DNA of 64,000 nt from an uncultured delta proteobacterium (GTDB lineage Bacteria > Bdellovibrionota > FAC87 > UBA2466). The stretch spans positions 2,816,001 through 2,880,000 of the forward strand of contig CAVZSV010000004.1 of assembly GCA_963778115.1 (NCBI GenBank), given 5' to 3'. Of the stretch, positions 1 to 9,742 are shown piece by piece. How positions within the stretch are numbered: the stretch's first letter is position 1; each line of letters begins with the position of its first letter. A program made the translations under genes and the position numbers. The notes below the pieces were generated by a model that worked only from the letters and a program-made list of their open reading frames with translations, had not been told where the DNA came from and did no database searches.

Positions 1-403
1 CTTCGAAGAGAGGTACCAACCTTTTCTCTACGAAGACCGTTCGCAATGGCCCAACTCAACGTACCCAAACCGGCAAAGGTCTTCGGGAAACCGTCATAAT
101 GATTTTGTTCCGATCGCATATGTGGACTAAAGGTATTGTTACCTTCGGGGCAAATCGGACTCGATGTAACAAATCCATCCCCACGCATGACGATGATGGT
201 GTCGAAGTTTCAACGCCTTTAACGGCGGGGAGAAGGCTAAGCGCTTATAATTAAATAATAAAGCGGCGTAAAATCACCAATCCCCGTCCATAATTCCCTG
301 TTCAGCCCCTCTAACTATTCTTCCCCACAAAACTATTTCAGATTGTGTTTTCGCAACCGTCCAGAGCGTAGACAGCGGGGATGCCTTTCTCCGAAGCCGC
401 CCC

Positions 404-420
404 TGGTACAAAGATTGTAA
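404..420 (+). promoter_or_regulatory. Possible sigma54-like promoter variant (TGGTAC-N5-TTGTA)
   Basis: TGGTACAAAGATTGTAA about 75 nt upstream of the 496 start; -12 element is GT rather than GC. Confidence 0.3.
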
Positions 421-495
421 GTAATTCCAGGTATCGCGCCTGGAATCTTCTTCACAAAATTTTCACAATTAGGGTGTTTGCGGAGAATTAGATAA

Positions 496-1191
496 ATGCT
501 TTCTAAATCAAAAGTTCTTCAATGGCTCGTTATCGTCCTGGTGGTTCAGTGTCTTTGCTCCTGCGCTAAAAATAGCGGCGGTTCGAATAGCCCTGCTACC
601 GGCGGCGGTACCACGGGAAACGGCACTCTGACGGACGTTTCTTCAACCGCCATTGTAACCTTTTCCACTGTGGGGTCTCCCACAGCGGCCTATACTCAGG
701 ATGTATCGCAAGAACTTTTCGTCTCCTCCGTGGCATCTGTAACAGGAATCCAAGCGGGTCAGACTCCCACGCATTTTCTCTGCCCGACGAGTTGTCAGAC
801 CATGGCGGGAACGACCTCTCTGAATTTTGGGACTAGTCTATCGGTATCGGGAGTCGCTATTACGGGTGAAAGCAACGGAGAGATCGATTTTGTAGTAATT
901 TCGATCCTTCCCCATTCCTCGACCACCATTCCTTTCGGGAGCAACCCCGTGGGGGGAGGAACTCCTCCTCCGACGAATAGCGCCCCCACCAACCTAACGC
1001 CGCAGCAACAGTTAGGATATGCGGTGTGGACAAATAGTTGTGCCAGTTGTCACGGAAGCACGCCGGATAATCAGTACACCGTAACTCAGTTGACCGATTC
1101 GGTGGGCGCTTCGGGAAACATGCCGCAGGGTGGTTCAAAACTTTCGGCGACCGATCAACAGAACATCATCTCTTACTTCAATACCCTTTGA
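496..1191 (+). CDS. Lipoprotein with C-terminal mono-haem cytochrome c domain
   Basis: Lipobox-like CLCSC after a hydrophobic leader; Ser/Thr/Gly-rich linker; CASCH haem motif and distal MP motif; GGAGA SD. Confidence 0.8.
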   Translation: MLSKSKVLQWLVIVLVVQCLCSCAKNSGGSNSPATGGGTTGNGTLTDVSSTAIVTFSTVGSPTAAYTQDVSQELFVSSVASVTGIQAGQTPTHFLCPTSCQTMAGTTSLNFGTSLSVSGVAITGESNGEIDFVVISILPHSSTTIPFGSNPVGGGTPPPTNSAPTNLTPQQQLGYAVWTNSCASCHGSTPDNQYTVTQLTDSVGASGNMPQGGSKLSATDQQNIISYFNTL

Positions 1192-1204
1192 AACAATGGC
1201 GCCC

Positions 1205-2014
1205 ATGAAAACTTTCCTAACATTTATTTTGGTGGCGGCCTCTGTAGCCTTTGCTGAAGCGGTAAACCAACATGGAGTGAATCCACAAGGGCGTCATTTC
1301 AATTACGAAATAGCCCAAGCACCCGCCGTCCAGCCCGCTCCGAGTGGCGATGGGGCTTATGACAAAGAGGACCCTGAAGAAGATGATCCGATATGGGTCC
1401 AATACAACAAGCGTCATGAAAACGATCCCCCCGAAGAGATCGCCGCAAGGGTTTCGGACAAAATTGTGGTCGATCCCAAGAATCCGCCGCTTGTCATTGA
1501 TGTCGGAGCCGGAGGCGGGAAGGACGCCAAACATTTTCTAAAGAAGGGAATGAGAGTCCTTGCGGTGGATATGACTAAGGAATCGATGAAGCGTTTGCAA
1601 GCCTTCGGAGACGAAAAATACAAAGGAAAACTCGAAACGCAGGTCGAATGGATGCAAGACATGAAACTGCCGAAAGCATCCGCTGATTTGGTCAATTCGA
1701 GCTTCACCTTGCCCTTTGTTCCCAAAGATGTTTTGGAAAAAGAGGTGATGCCTAAGATCAAGGAGGCTCTGAAGCCTGAAGGTAAATTCACCGCACAGTT
1801 CTTTGGTGAAAAACATGTGTGGGCCGGTGATAGGGAAATGAATTTTTTTTCCAAAGCCGAGTTAGGAGAATTTCTCAGCAAAGCGGGGTTTAACGTCGAA
1901 GAGATTGTTCCCCGAGAATGGGATCAACAACGGGAAGTAAACGGAAAGACGGTAAAAGAGCACTGGGAAGTTTACGACGTAATCGCCACTCCTAAGGAGT
2001 CTACTTCGAAATAG
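1205..2014 (+). CDS. Class I SAM-dependent methyltransferase (TehB-like) with N-terminal signal peptide
   Basis: VIDVGAGGGKD motif I, LAVD motif II; leader MKTFLTFILVAASVAFA; ATG 1205 preferred over 1130, which overlaps the upstream gene. Confidence 0.8.
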   Translation: MKTFLTFILVAASVAFAEAVNQHGVNPQGRHFNYEIAQAPAVQPAPSGDGAYDKEDPEEDDPIWVQYNKRHENDPPEEIAARVSDKIVVDPKNPPLVIDVGAGGGKDAKHFLKKGMRVLAVDMTKESMKRLQAFGDEKYKGKLETQVEWMQDMKLPKASADLVNSSFTLPFVPKDVLEKEVMPKIKEALKPEGKFTAQFFGEKHVWAGDREMNFFSKAELGEFLSKAGFNVEEIVPREWDQQREVNGKTVKEHWEVYDVIATPKESTSK

Positions 2015-2018
2015 CGAA

Positions 2019-3173
2019 CTATTTTTTCTTGGACGTGACGGCAGCGATAACGTCGTTAATAAGGATAGGATCTCCATCCATTTCCACATAATCATCCCTA
2101 GTATCCGTCGTGGTGACCATGATCAAATTGAGATCGGGAACTAGGTAAGCGAACTGACCGCCGTATCCCCACATTTTGTAAACCGGATGCCCTGCCGCGG
2201 TAAATAACCACCAGAGATAGCCATAGGTATATTGAGGATGTTCGGATTGGATCTTACTTGTCGTGGCTTCAGCTATCCAATCGGCGGGGACGACACTTTG
2301 CCCCTGGAACTCCCCCTTTTGCAAGTACATCAAAGCCACGCGAGCTAGATCCCTCGGGGTTAGATAAAGGTTGTAACCTCCTGAATAGTAGCCTTGGGGA
2401 TCGCGTCCCCAATGCTTGATCGTAATACCCAAGGGCTTAAACAGATATTGGGCTGCGAAGCTGCACGTATCGATTCCGGTGCCCTCGGTCAAAACCGCCG
2501 ATAAGAGGTGCGTCAGTCCGGTATCGTAATTGAATAGCGATCCCGGAGTTGCGACAAAAGGTAGATTTAAGATCGCTTGGACCCAGTTGTCCGCGTCCTC
2601 GATAGCGTTTTCGGTAGTATCTTCTATCCAGCTGATTCCGGCCGACATCGTTAATAGATGGCGGAGGGTCAATTGCTTCGTCATGGCGGTAAAAGTAAAA
2701 TCAGGAGATAAGACATCTGAAATTTTCTGATCTACGCTGACGAGAAGTCCTTTATTCAACGCAATTCCAATTAGTCCCGAAAGTATGGTTTTTGAAGCCG
2801 ACTGAATATTATTAGCTTGATCGTAATTACTACCGTGAAAATAGCGCTCGTCCACTAAGACGCCGTTGCGGATCACTAGAAAGCTATAAGTCTGAGGCAG
2901 ACTTTGGAGTGCGGCTTCGGCTTTGGCTAAGATCGTGCTATCTAAACCCTGGCTTTCGGGCGTGCCCATAGGAAAGGTGATTTTACTCGCGTTGGGGTCG
3001 ACGTAAGTAGGATCGTTCTCGTAAAACTGGTCGACCGTGGGAGGGTTAGGGACCTGCTGTGGGCAGACCTCTTGAGACTCCTCCGGGTTATCCTGCCTCT
3101 TTTGGGAGGCACCACAACCTATAAGAGAGAAGAATACCGAAAAGATCAAGACGGGAACGATGGCTTTCCGCAT
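2019..3173 (-). CDS. Serine hydrolase, beta-lactamase class C/NylB-like, lipoprotein
   Basis: SASK (SxxK), LRHLLTMSAG, FNY motif, lipobox LIGC. Confidence 0.85.
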   Translation of the reverse strand: MRKAIVPVLIFSVFFSLIGCGASQKRQDNPEESQEVCPQQVPNPPTVDQFYENDPTYVDPNASKITFPMGTPESQGLDSTILAKAEAALQSLPQTYSFLVIRNGVLVDERYFHGSNYDQANNIQSASKTILSGLIGIALNKGLLVSVDQKISDVLSPDFTFTAMTKQLTLRHLLTMSAGISWIEDTTENAIEDADNWVQAILNLPFVATPGSLFNYDTGLTHLLSAVLTEGTGIDTCSFAAQYLFKPLGITIKHWGRDPQGYYSGGYNLYLTPRDLARVALMYLQKGEFQGQSVVPADWIAEATTSKIQSEHPQYTYGYLWWLFTAAGHPVYKMWGYGGQFAYLVPDLNLIMVTTTDTRDDYVEMDGDPILINDVIAAVTSKKK

Positions 3174-3255
3174 GGGATCTCCCGCAAAGAGAACGCGACT
3201 CTATTTTACTGCTAGGTATCCCCAGATTGTCATACGCGGCGCGCGTGAGAAGGTC

Positions 3256-3957
3256 TCAAACGATGGGAACCGTGGATAATCGACGCACAATGTGGGGCAT
3301 GTGGTTACGCAGACGATTGGCGTCAGGGATCAAATAGCGATCGTTAGCGACTGGTTGCAGCAATTTATGGTGAACCAGCTCGCTCAGAACTTTTTTGACT
3401 AGCAGTTGGTCGACCTCGAGGTAAAAGCGAATCGCCGCAATGCTCAGAAAAACTTCTGTTCCCTCGGGAGTCTGCTTTCCCGCCACTTCGCAAAGGTAAA
3501 GAATCAATTGAATGAAGCGCTCATTGTTATCGCTGGATTTAAGAAGATGGATCAACTCGTTGGCGCGCTTTAACCGGTAGGCCGCGACCCTAAAAATCCC
3601 TTTTAGGATATCTGCCACGATGTAGGGGAATTTTTTTTGAATCAAAGCGAATTCATAGCTACCGATCTCAAGGTAGGTGAGGTCGGTATTAGCTCGTGCC
3701 CCAAAAGCACGGTGGTAGTCACCTTCGCTGATGAGAGCTTGTTCTCCGAAAAAGTCCCCCTCATGGACGAGGCTGACTACCGCATGGTCTCCCTTAGGAT
3801 CGACGTCGGCATCGGCGGAAAGTTCCACAATACCCGATAGCAAAATAAACATCGTCTTTCCCGCTTCTCCCTGGCGAAAAAGACGAGACCCTTTGGGGAC
3901 GCGTTTCAAAAACGCCATGAGCTCTGGATGTTGCAATAACTCTTTATCGATCTTCAT
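3256..3957 (-). CDS. Crp/Fnr-family cNMP-binding regulator
   Basis: LFRQGE, FFGEQAL...R cNMP pocket, C-terminal winged helix-like region. Confidence 0.85.
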   Translation of the reverse strand: MKIDKELLQHPELMAFLKRVPKGSRLFRQGEAGKTMFILLSGIVELSADADVDPKGDHAVVSLVHEGDFFGEQALISEGDYHRAFGARANTDLTYLEIGSYEFALIQKKFPYIVADILKGIFRVAAYRLKRANELIHLLKSSDNNERFIQLILYLCEVAGKQTPEGTEVFLSIAAIRFYLEVDQLLVKKVLSELVHHKLLQPVANDRYLIPDANRLRNHMPHIVRRLSTVPIV

Positions 3958-3984
3958 GATTTTTTTTTCATTCTCTTTTCTTCA

Positions 3985-6075
3985 TCACATTTTCTGTGGG
4001 GATGCATCTTTAAGATACTTTAGCGCTCCCACTCTATCGACTAAGGCATCAAACTCTTTGTTTCCGTGTAACCCTTTGAACAGAGGATCGACGGCGACAA
4101 AAATAAGATGGTAAGCATGTTCTTTCTGAGCGGCATAGAGATATTGGACGGCTTTCTTGGAATCCCCCATGCTAGCGGAGATTTCCGCCAAGAAATATTG
4201 GGATACATAACGTGTTTTGGAGGTTTTCTTAAGCTCTTCCAAAATTCTGTAGGCATCTTTTTTCTTTCCCGCTTGCGCATAAGCGCATCCCAACATCGCT
4301 TGCATCATCGGTGGCGGGGTAGCTGAAAACGCGATGGCGGGCTTAAGAATTTGAATGGCGCTATTAGATTGCCCCGCTTTAATGTAAGCCGCGGCCAACC
4401 AATAATAGGCGACTTGGTAAGTGGGGTCCACGCTAAGAGCGGCTTGATAGCGGCGAATGGCTTCTAGGTAGTTTCCGGCATAGTACTCGGGGCGGCCTTG
4501 GGAGATATTAATAGTAGGGCTCTTAGGCTCTATTTCAAGGGCAAGAGCGACCTCTTTTCGTGCATGATTGAAGTCTCCGACAGCGATGAGAAAATCGGAG
4601 TACCAACTATGCAATGTCCCGTAGTCCGGACGAAGCGCTAGCGCTTTTTTGAATTCTCTTTCCGATTTTCCCCAGTCGTTCTCGAACTCTTCAGCCATCT
4701 CGGCCAAAAAAACGTGGCTGTCCACGGTATCAGGATCCAAAACAATCGCCTTTTCTACGGCCTCAAGTCCTTTCGTATGAGCCTCTTCTGGACTCATGAA
4801 CCCGTAGAAGGAGAGCAAGTCGTAAGTATTTGCGAGGGAGGTGTAAGCCAAGACGAATTTAGGATCTAACAACAGGGCTTGATCGAAGTAACGAGCCGCG
4901 AGCCTTAAGTCCTCTTCTCCTCGTCGATTAAAGAAAAATCTGCCCTTGAGATAATTGATGTAGGCGGAGTTTGAATTACTTTCTACTTCCGGCATCTCTA
5001 GACTCGCCAGAGCTCGCCCTTCTAATTTCTCAGCCACGCCTTGCGAGATACGTTTTTGGATTTGCAAGACATCATCTAGCGCGCCGTCGTACTCTTGAGA
5101 CCAAAGGTACTCTTCGCTCTTCGTATCGATAAGCTGGCTTACGATATGAAATCGACCTGCTATCTTTTTGATAGTTCCTACGAGCAGAACGCTGACGTTA
5201 AGCTCCTGGCCCAGCTTTTTAGGAGAAAGATTTTTGTCTTTGTAAGCCGCAACCGTTGATTGGGCGATAACGTGGATATCGTGAACCTTGGAAAGGGTTG
5301 AGATGAGGTCTTCCGTCATTCCCTCGGGCAAATATTCTTCATTCTTTTCAAGGCCTACTTTCTTAAAGGGAATAAGAGCGATCCGACGAGTATCGAGAGC
5401 AGGCTCTAAAGCGGCCTTAGGATGCTTTACATCACGAATGCCTACGATAGTTACCAAACAGAGGGCCAGCGCAAAATAAGGTACTACTCGAAGGGCAAAG
5501 CTTTTAAACCGTTTGGCCTGGACACGAAAATGATCGATGGGCCCTTCCGCGGTTCTTAGACTTATTCGATAGACGCTAACCTTCTCCGAAATATTCTTAA
5601 GCTTCTGCTTTCCAAGGGCTGTTCCCCTTAGATGAGATTTGTTTCTAATTTGTTGATAGACGGGCGAGGAGACGCACACTTCACCAGCTCCCGCTAAATG
5701 AACAATCCGAGAAGCAATGTTGACCCCGTCCCCGTAAACATCTCCGTCGCCAGTAATGACGACATCACCTAAATGAATGCCTATCCGGACGTGGACGTGG
5801 CGACTGGAATCGAACTGTTGGTTTCGCTTCGATAGGGCCCGTTGAATGTGTAACGCGCAGCGTACCGCGTCAAAAACATTCGGGAAGCTAAGAAGGAAGG
5901 CATCGCCGATAGTCTTGATCTCGGTTCCCCCGTACTGGGGAAAGACTCCGCGCACGAGTTCGCGATGCTCTTGAAGCAGACTCAAGGCAAGCGCTTCATT
6001 GCGATGGCTTAGTCTGGAATAACCGACAATATCGGTGAAGATAATGACGGTAAGTTTACGTTTCTTTTCCTTCAT
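3985..6075 (-). CDS. Class III adenylate cyclase with TM helix, TolB-N-like domain and TPR repeats
   Basis: FTDIVGYS, KTIGDA, RIGIHLGDV, DVYGDGVNIASR; one TM helix; IALIPF...GMTEDLI domain; TPRs. Confidence 0.9.
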   Translation of the reverse strand: MKEKKRKLTVIIFTDIVGYSRLSHRNEALALSLLQEHRELVRGVFPQYGGTEIKTIGDAFLLSFPNVFDAVRCALHIQRALSKRNQQFDSSRHVHVRIGIHLGDVVITGDGDVYGDGVNIASRIVHLAGAGEVCVSSPVYQQIRNKSHLRGTALGKQKLKNISEKVSVYRISLRTAEGPIDHFRVQAKRFKSFALRVVPYFALALCLVTIVGIRDVKHPKAALEPALDTRRIALIPFKKVGLEKNEEYLPEGMTEDLISTLSKVHDIHVIAQSTVAAYKDKNLSPKKLGQELNVSVLLVGTIKKIAGRFHIVSQLIDTKSEEYLWSQEYDGALDDVLQIQKRISQGVAEKLEGRALASLEMPEVESNSNSAYINYLKGRFFFNRRGEEDLRLAARYFDQALLLDPKFVLAYTSLANTYDLLSFYGFMSPEEAHTKGLEAVEKAIVLDPDTVDSHVFLAEMAEEFENDWGKSEREFKKALALRPDYGTLHSWYSDFLIAVGDFNHARKEVALALEIEPKSPTINISQGRPEYYAGNYLEAIRRYQAALSVDPTYQVAYYWLAAAYIKAGQSNSAIQILKPAIAFSATPPPMMQAMLGCAYAQAGKKKDAYRILEELKKTSKTRYVSQYFLAEISASMGDSKKAVQYLYAAQKEHAYHLIFVAVDPLFKGLHGNKEFDALVDRVGALKYLKDASPQKM

Positions 6076-6188
6076 AAGAGAGATCCACTCGTATCCTCTC
6101 TTATCGGGAATAAAGGAAGCTTAGGTGAGAGGGGAGTGAGACGGGGTAATGCATCGCATAAAGCCCTGATGCAGAAGGATGAGTATCG

Positions 6189-6563
6189 TTAATATTTCGG
6201 CGGTGGAGTCCTAAAATACAGTGAGTCATTCAACTCTTTAATCTCCAAATTAGTCGAGCAATTAAGCTTAGACAGGTTCCAAACTTTCACTCTTTCCAAC
6301 ATGAGATCATGAAGCCTCTTGCCCAAACTCTTTTTCCACTCTTCACTTCGCCCAGGAAGTATCTCTAGTCGAGCAAACAAGAAAGCCCGGCGGGAGGCAT
6401 CGGCTCCAATAAAAAAATCTTCTCGGGCTATTAAACGACTCTTCAGCGTTTCGATATCGACGGACTCTGTGTTTCCGATCGTCTCGTGCAGATCTTTTAA
6501 GAGTTTTAACACCTGTTCGTGAGATGAGAGGTTATTTGAATATTCTAAGGTAAGGTGAGGCAT
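6189..6563 (-). CDS. 5-carboxymethyl-2-hydroxymuconate isomerase (tautomerase) family protein
   Basis: N-terminal MPHLTLEYS (catalytic Pro1), KSR, LPGRSEEWK. Confidence 0.85.
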   Translation of the reverse strand: MPHLTLEYSNNLSSHEQVLKLLKDLHETIGNTESVDIETLKSRLIAREDFFIGADASRRAFLFARLEILPGRSEEWKKSLGKRLHDLMLERVKVWNLSKLNCSTNLEIKELNDSLYFRTPPPKY

Positions 6564-7477
6564 TAGCTTTGGATCTGGCGAAAGGTTTCCGTGGGGGATA
6601 GCTCGCGGACTTCTCCGCGAAAGCGTCCTTTATACACGGATATCTCAAGCCATTGAATCTCCTCCTCTACTTTGTCCCGGTAGATTCTTTTCTGCCAGGA
6701 TTTGGCTCCCGTATTCCAAAAATAACCCCGCTCCTTTAGCAAGTCTTTCGTCTCGAAAGGAGAGTTTCTGGCAATGACCATCGTGGTAGGCCGAAAGGCA
6801 TTGGTAAGGAGTTCCAGCAAGTAAGTGCTCTCCAACAGGGAACTCTTAGTGGAAATGAGTTGAAGAAGAGCATCTACATCATTAAGAGCGCGGTGAGCTT
6901 CAACAAAAAATCCATGGTGAATGCAAAGCAGTTCCAATTTTCCGCTGGGATAACCGTGGCCACCCCAATCGATCTGGCTGTGGGAACATCCCCACACTTT
7001 GGTGCCGGTAATGGCACAATATTTTTCCATGAAGGTCCGATCAAAGGAGGCATTATGCGCGATAATAATATCGGCCGAAGCGAGTTCGCCGCCAACATAA
7101 CTCCAATCGATCGCTTTGCCTCTTAAATCATCATCAGTGAGTCCGGTAATTGACTGGATTAGTGGGTTCAACGACATTCCGGGATCTTGCAATTCGACGT
7201 AGGGCGAGCTCACCTCCACCACTTCCCCGTTCTTCTTGTGATAACGGAATTTCCGGAAAGCAATCTCTATGATCTTATCGGAATTGAAGTTAAGCCCGGT
7301 CGTTTCCAAATCGAGGGCGATGCCTGTTCCTAACTCGTGAGTATTGTCGCGAAGCCACTGGGTCGTGGCATAGGCGGGAGGCGGAAAGTTTCCGCTGTGT
7401 TTAATTATTGTTACGGAATTGCCGTCCGCGGCCATTCCTTTCCATACGAACCGTTGTGACATGTTTCCCCCGGCCAT
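6563..7477 (-). CDS. DEDDh 3'-5' exonuclease, DNA polymerase III epsilon-like
   Basis: LDLETTG, AHNASFD, HRALND motifs. Confidence 0.9.
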   Translation of the reverse strand: MAGGNMSQRFVWKGMAADGNSVTIIKHSGNFPPPAYATTQWLRDNTHELGTGIALDLETTGLNFNSDKIIEIAFRKFRYHKKNGEVVEVSSPYVELQDPGMSLNPLIQSITGLTDDDLRGKAIDWSYVGGELASADIIIAHNASFDRTFMEKYCAITGTKVWGCSHSQIDWGGHGYPSGKLELLCIHHGFFVEAHRALNDVDALLQLISTKSSLLESTYLLELLTNAFRPTTMVIARNSPFETKDLLKERGYFWNTGAKSWQKRIYRDKVEEEIQWLEISVYKGRFRGEVRELSPTETFRQIQS

Positions 7478-7639
7478 TCAAACTACGCGTAAGAGGGCCA
7501 CTCCGCCAAGGGAAAACTGTGCGAATTCCAGGGCATGCCTATCCTGCGCTAAAGCGTCCAAAAATCATTGATCCCCATGGAGCTATTTTGATAGAAGCTT
7601 GTTCACCTTAAATAACCGTAAAGTGTGCGGGGACGGTCC

Positions 7640-9736
7640 ATGCGATGGTTTTATGCGTTTCTGTTGTTAGCCTTCCCGATAGGCTCGGCTAGTCAGGCCC
7701 AGGATGTCCTCAGTGAATCCGCCGCCATGAAGATACCCATCTTTCGGATCGTTACTTTGGTAGGGCGATTGGGCTGGAACTATCCGGAGCCTTACTACGG
7801 CACCTCGATCCAGTTCTCCATCGATAAAAGGTACGTCTATCTCGTAGCAAATTACCACTGCTTGCCCCATGACCGATCCCGCTGGAACCAATTATTTGTC
7901 ACCACACCTAGCGAACGTGTCGGCCAGGCCGACAAACTGAAAGTCGAAGTGATAGGAGTTTGGCCCGGATACGATATTGCTGTTTTAAGAGTAGATTTTG
8001 TTAAAGCCGGTGTCGGAGAGATTCCAAATCCGTCGAGTTGGCAGAAATGGATGGACGCCCATTTTTGGAATGTCCCCATTACCGGGAAAAGCTGGCGGCT
8101 TGCGATCTTAGGAACTAGCAACGAGACTGACGGCAACTTGCCCACCATGACAAGATTTCTTTGGAAAGAAGAAGCGAAATTGCTCTCTTCTCGTCAAGGC
8201 GAGTTAATAAATAAGGACTGGAACAACCGCACTTTGATAGCGCAATGGCGAGCTTCTGATACCTTGCAGCTTCTTAACTACTCCTCTGACTGTAATCCGA
8301 GTTTTTTTTCTCAGTGTTTTAAAGTTCCGATGAGAACAGGGGGGTACTCGGGAGGGGCCTTTCTGGTCGCGCCTCCGGAAAATGCGAATGACGTTAAGAT
8401 CGCTGGAATCGTCTGGGGATATTCGCCTTTGGCGCGTCTCACCTATATTTTACCGTGGCCGAAAGTTCACGAAGTGGCATCGGAGCTGGTTCGCAGATTT
8501 AAAAAGCCAGGGAATTCCCAACTGGTTGAAGTCTTAGATGACGAGAATCACCAATTCAGTTTTGCAGGAGCTAACGCCATTAGGATTGAGACGACCTCGG
8601 AGCTCTTTACCAAAACGATCTCTCGCCGAAATCTAGGGGATAACGTCGTTTTTGGCGGCGGTGAAAGTAGCGGCGGCGGTGGCGAAAGCTCGGGAGGCGG
8701 AGGAGAGAGTAGCGGCGGAGGGGGAGAGAGTTCCGGAGGCGGCGGGGGAGAGTCTAGCCATGCGAAGAATCTTCTGCCTTTCGTGATGGAATCTGCGGAG
8801 CACGATGTGGCGGGCGTGTGGGATAGCGCTAGTTTATTAGCTGAGATAAAGGCCCCAGATCGATGGAGCCGGTGGTTACCTCATATTGACCGTTTGACTC
8901 AGTCTTTGGAGCCATTCCGGGGAACGAGGGCTTTACTCAGTTATCAACCAGGCGTAGTTATTGAGAATGAACGCTACCAACGGTTCAACGAGATTCCACT
9001 CATTAATCTTTCTGCATTCGTGAATGCCTTTCGAGCGAATCCTCAGGGGAAGTTGGAAAGAGATTTCATTAAGAACGAATTTCCCAGAAAACTGTCGTTG
9101 GAAGGTAATGGCGACGAGGGTTCGTACGGTCTGTTCATGGCGTCTCTGCTTCATACGGTAGTTCCAGCTAAAGTCTCCTCCATTCTAAAAACTCCCCCAC
9201 TCCGATCGCTATTTCTTAAGGAAGAAGTGGCTGCCATGGAGCGTTATTTGTCGATAAAAGGCAAAGCACCTTTCGAAGCCCCTGAACCTTTTTTGTATCG
9301 TCGAAGTAAGACGAGCCTTGCGGCAAGCCTCTTCCAAGCGCGGGTAATCATCGATTCGAACGGATTTCACATCGAGATCACAGCTCCCCGTTTCGCGGAG
9401 CTGGGATCGGGCCCCATCGTTTATGATGCTTCGATGCCGCTCGTTCAGCAAGGAGACTACTTCTTAAGGTATGCTGGGCCGTTAACTTATACGCCGCCTG
9501 CGATCTATCCTCGAGCCAAAGGCCACGGCCCCACATCGACGACGGTGTCGGCGGTGGTTTCATTGCAGTATGATCCGGATGAAAAAAGGTATGAGCTAAA
9601 ACTTTTTGCCATCGGTAAGCAGCCGCCTGAATGGGATGAGTTGTCTAATTTTTATCCGGAACTATCGTCTCTGGCGCAATTGCTCGATCCGCAAGGGACG
9701 GTAATGATGCAGTCGGTTTTTGTGCCGTTGAGATAG
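7640..9736 (+). CDS. Exported trypsin-like serine protease with internal (GGGGESS)n linker
   Basis: Signal peptide; ANYHC (His), YDIAVL (Asp), GYSGG (Ser) triad motifs. Confidence 0.65.
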   Translation: MRWFYAFLLLAFPIGSASQAQDVLSESAAMKIPIFRIVTLVGRLGWNYPEPYYGTSIQFSIDKRYVYLVANYHCLPHDRSRWNQLFVTTPSERVGQADKLKVEVIGVWPGYDIAVLRVDFVKAGVGEIPNPSSWQKWMDAHFWNVPITGKSWRLAILGTSNETDGNLPTMTRFLWKEEAKLLSSRQGELINKDWNNRTLIAQWRASDTLQLLNYSSDCNPSFFSQCFKVPMRTGGYSGGAFLVAPPENANDVKIAGIVWGYSPLARLTYILPWPKVHEVASELVRRFKKPGNSQLVEVLDDENHQFSFAGANAIRIETTSELFTKTISRRNLGDNVVFGGGESSGGGGESSGGGGESSGGGGESSGGGGGESSHAKNLLPFVMESAEHDVAGVWDSASLLAEIKAPDRWSRWLPHIDRLTQSLEPFRGTRALLSYQPGVVIENERYQRFNEIPLINLSAFVNAFRANPQGKLERDFIKNEFPRKLSLEGNGDEGSYGLFMASLLHTVVPAKVSSILKTPPLRSLFLKEEVAAMERYLSIKGKAPFEAPEPFLYRRSKTSLAASLFQARVIIDSNGFHIEITAPRFAELGSGPIVYDASMPLVQQGDYFLRYAGPLTYTPPAIYPRAKGHGPTSTTVSAVVSLQYDPDEKRYELKLFAIGKQPPEWDELSNFYPELSSLAQLLDPQGTVMMQSVFVPLR
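8654..8758 (+). repeat. Coding tandem repeat, five G3-5ESS units
   Basis: GGGESS GGGGESS GGGGESS GGGGESS GGGGGESS with diverged codons. Confidence 0.9.
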
Positions 9737-9742
9737 TCCTTC

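Noticed and set aside
1..188. Minus-strand frame open from ATG at about 188 to the window edge
   Set aside because: No recognisable motif or SD; cannot be supported from this window
6563..7477. Exonuclease as a sign of a prophage or defence island
   Set aside because: No phage, integrase or defence genes nearby; stand-alone epsilon-like exonucleases are common
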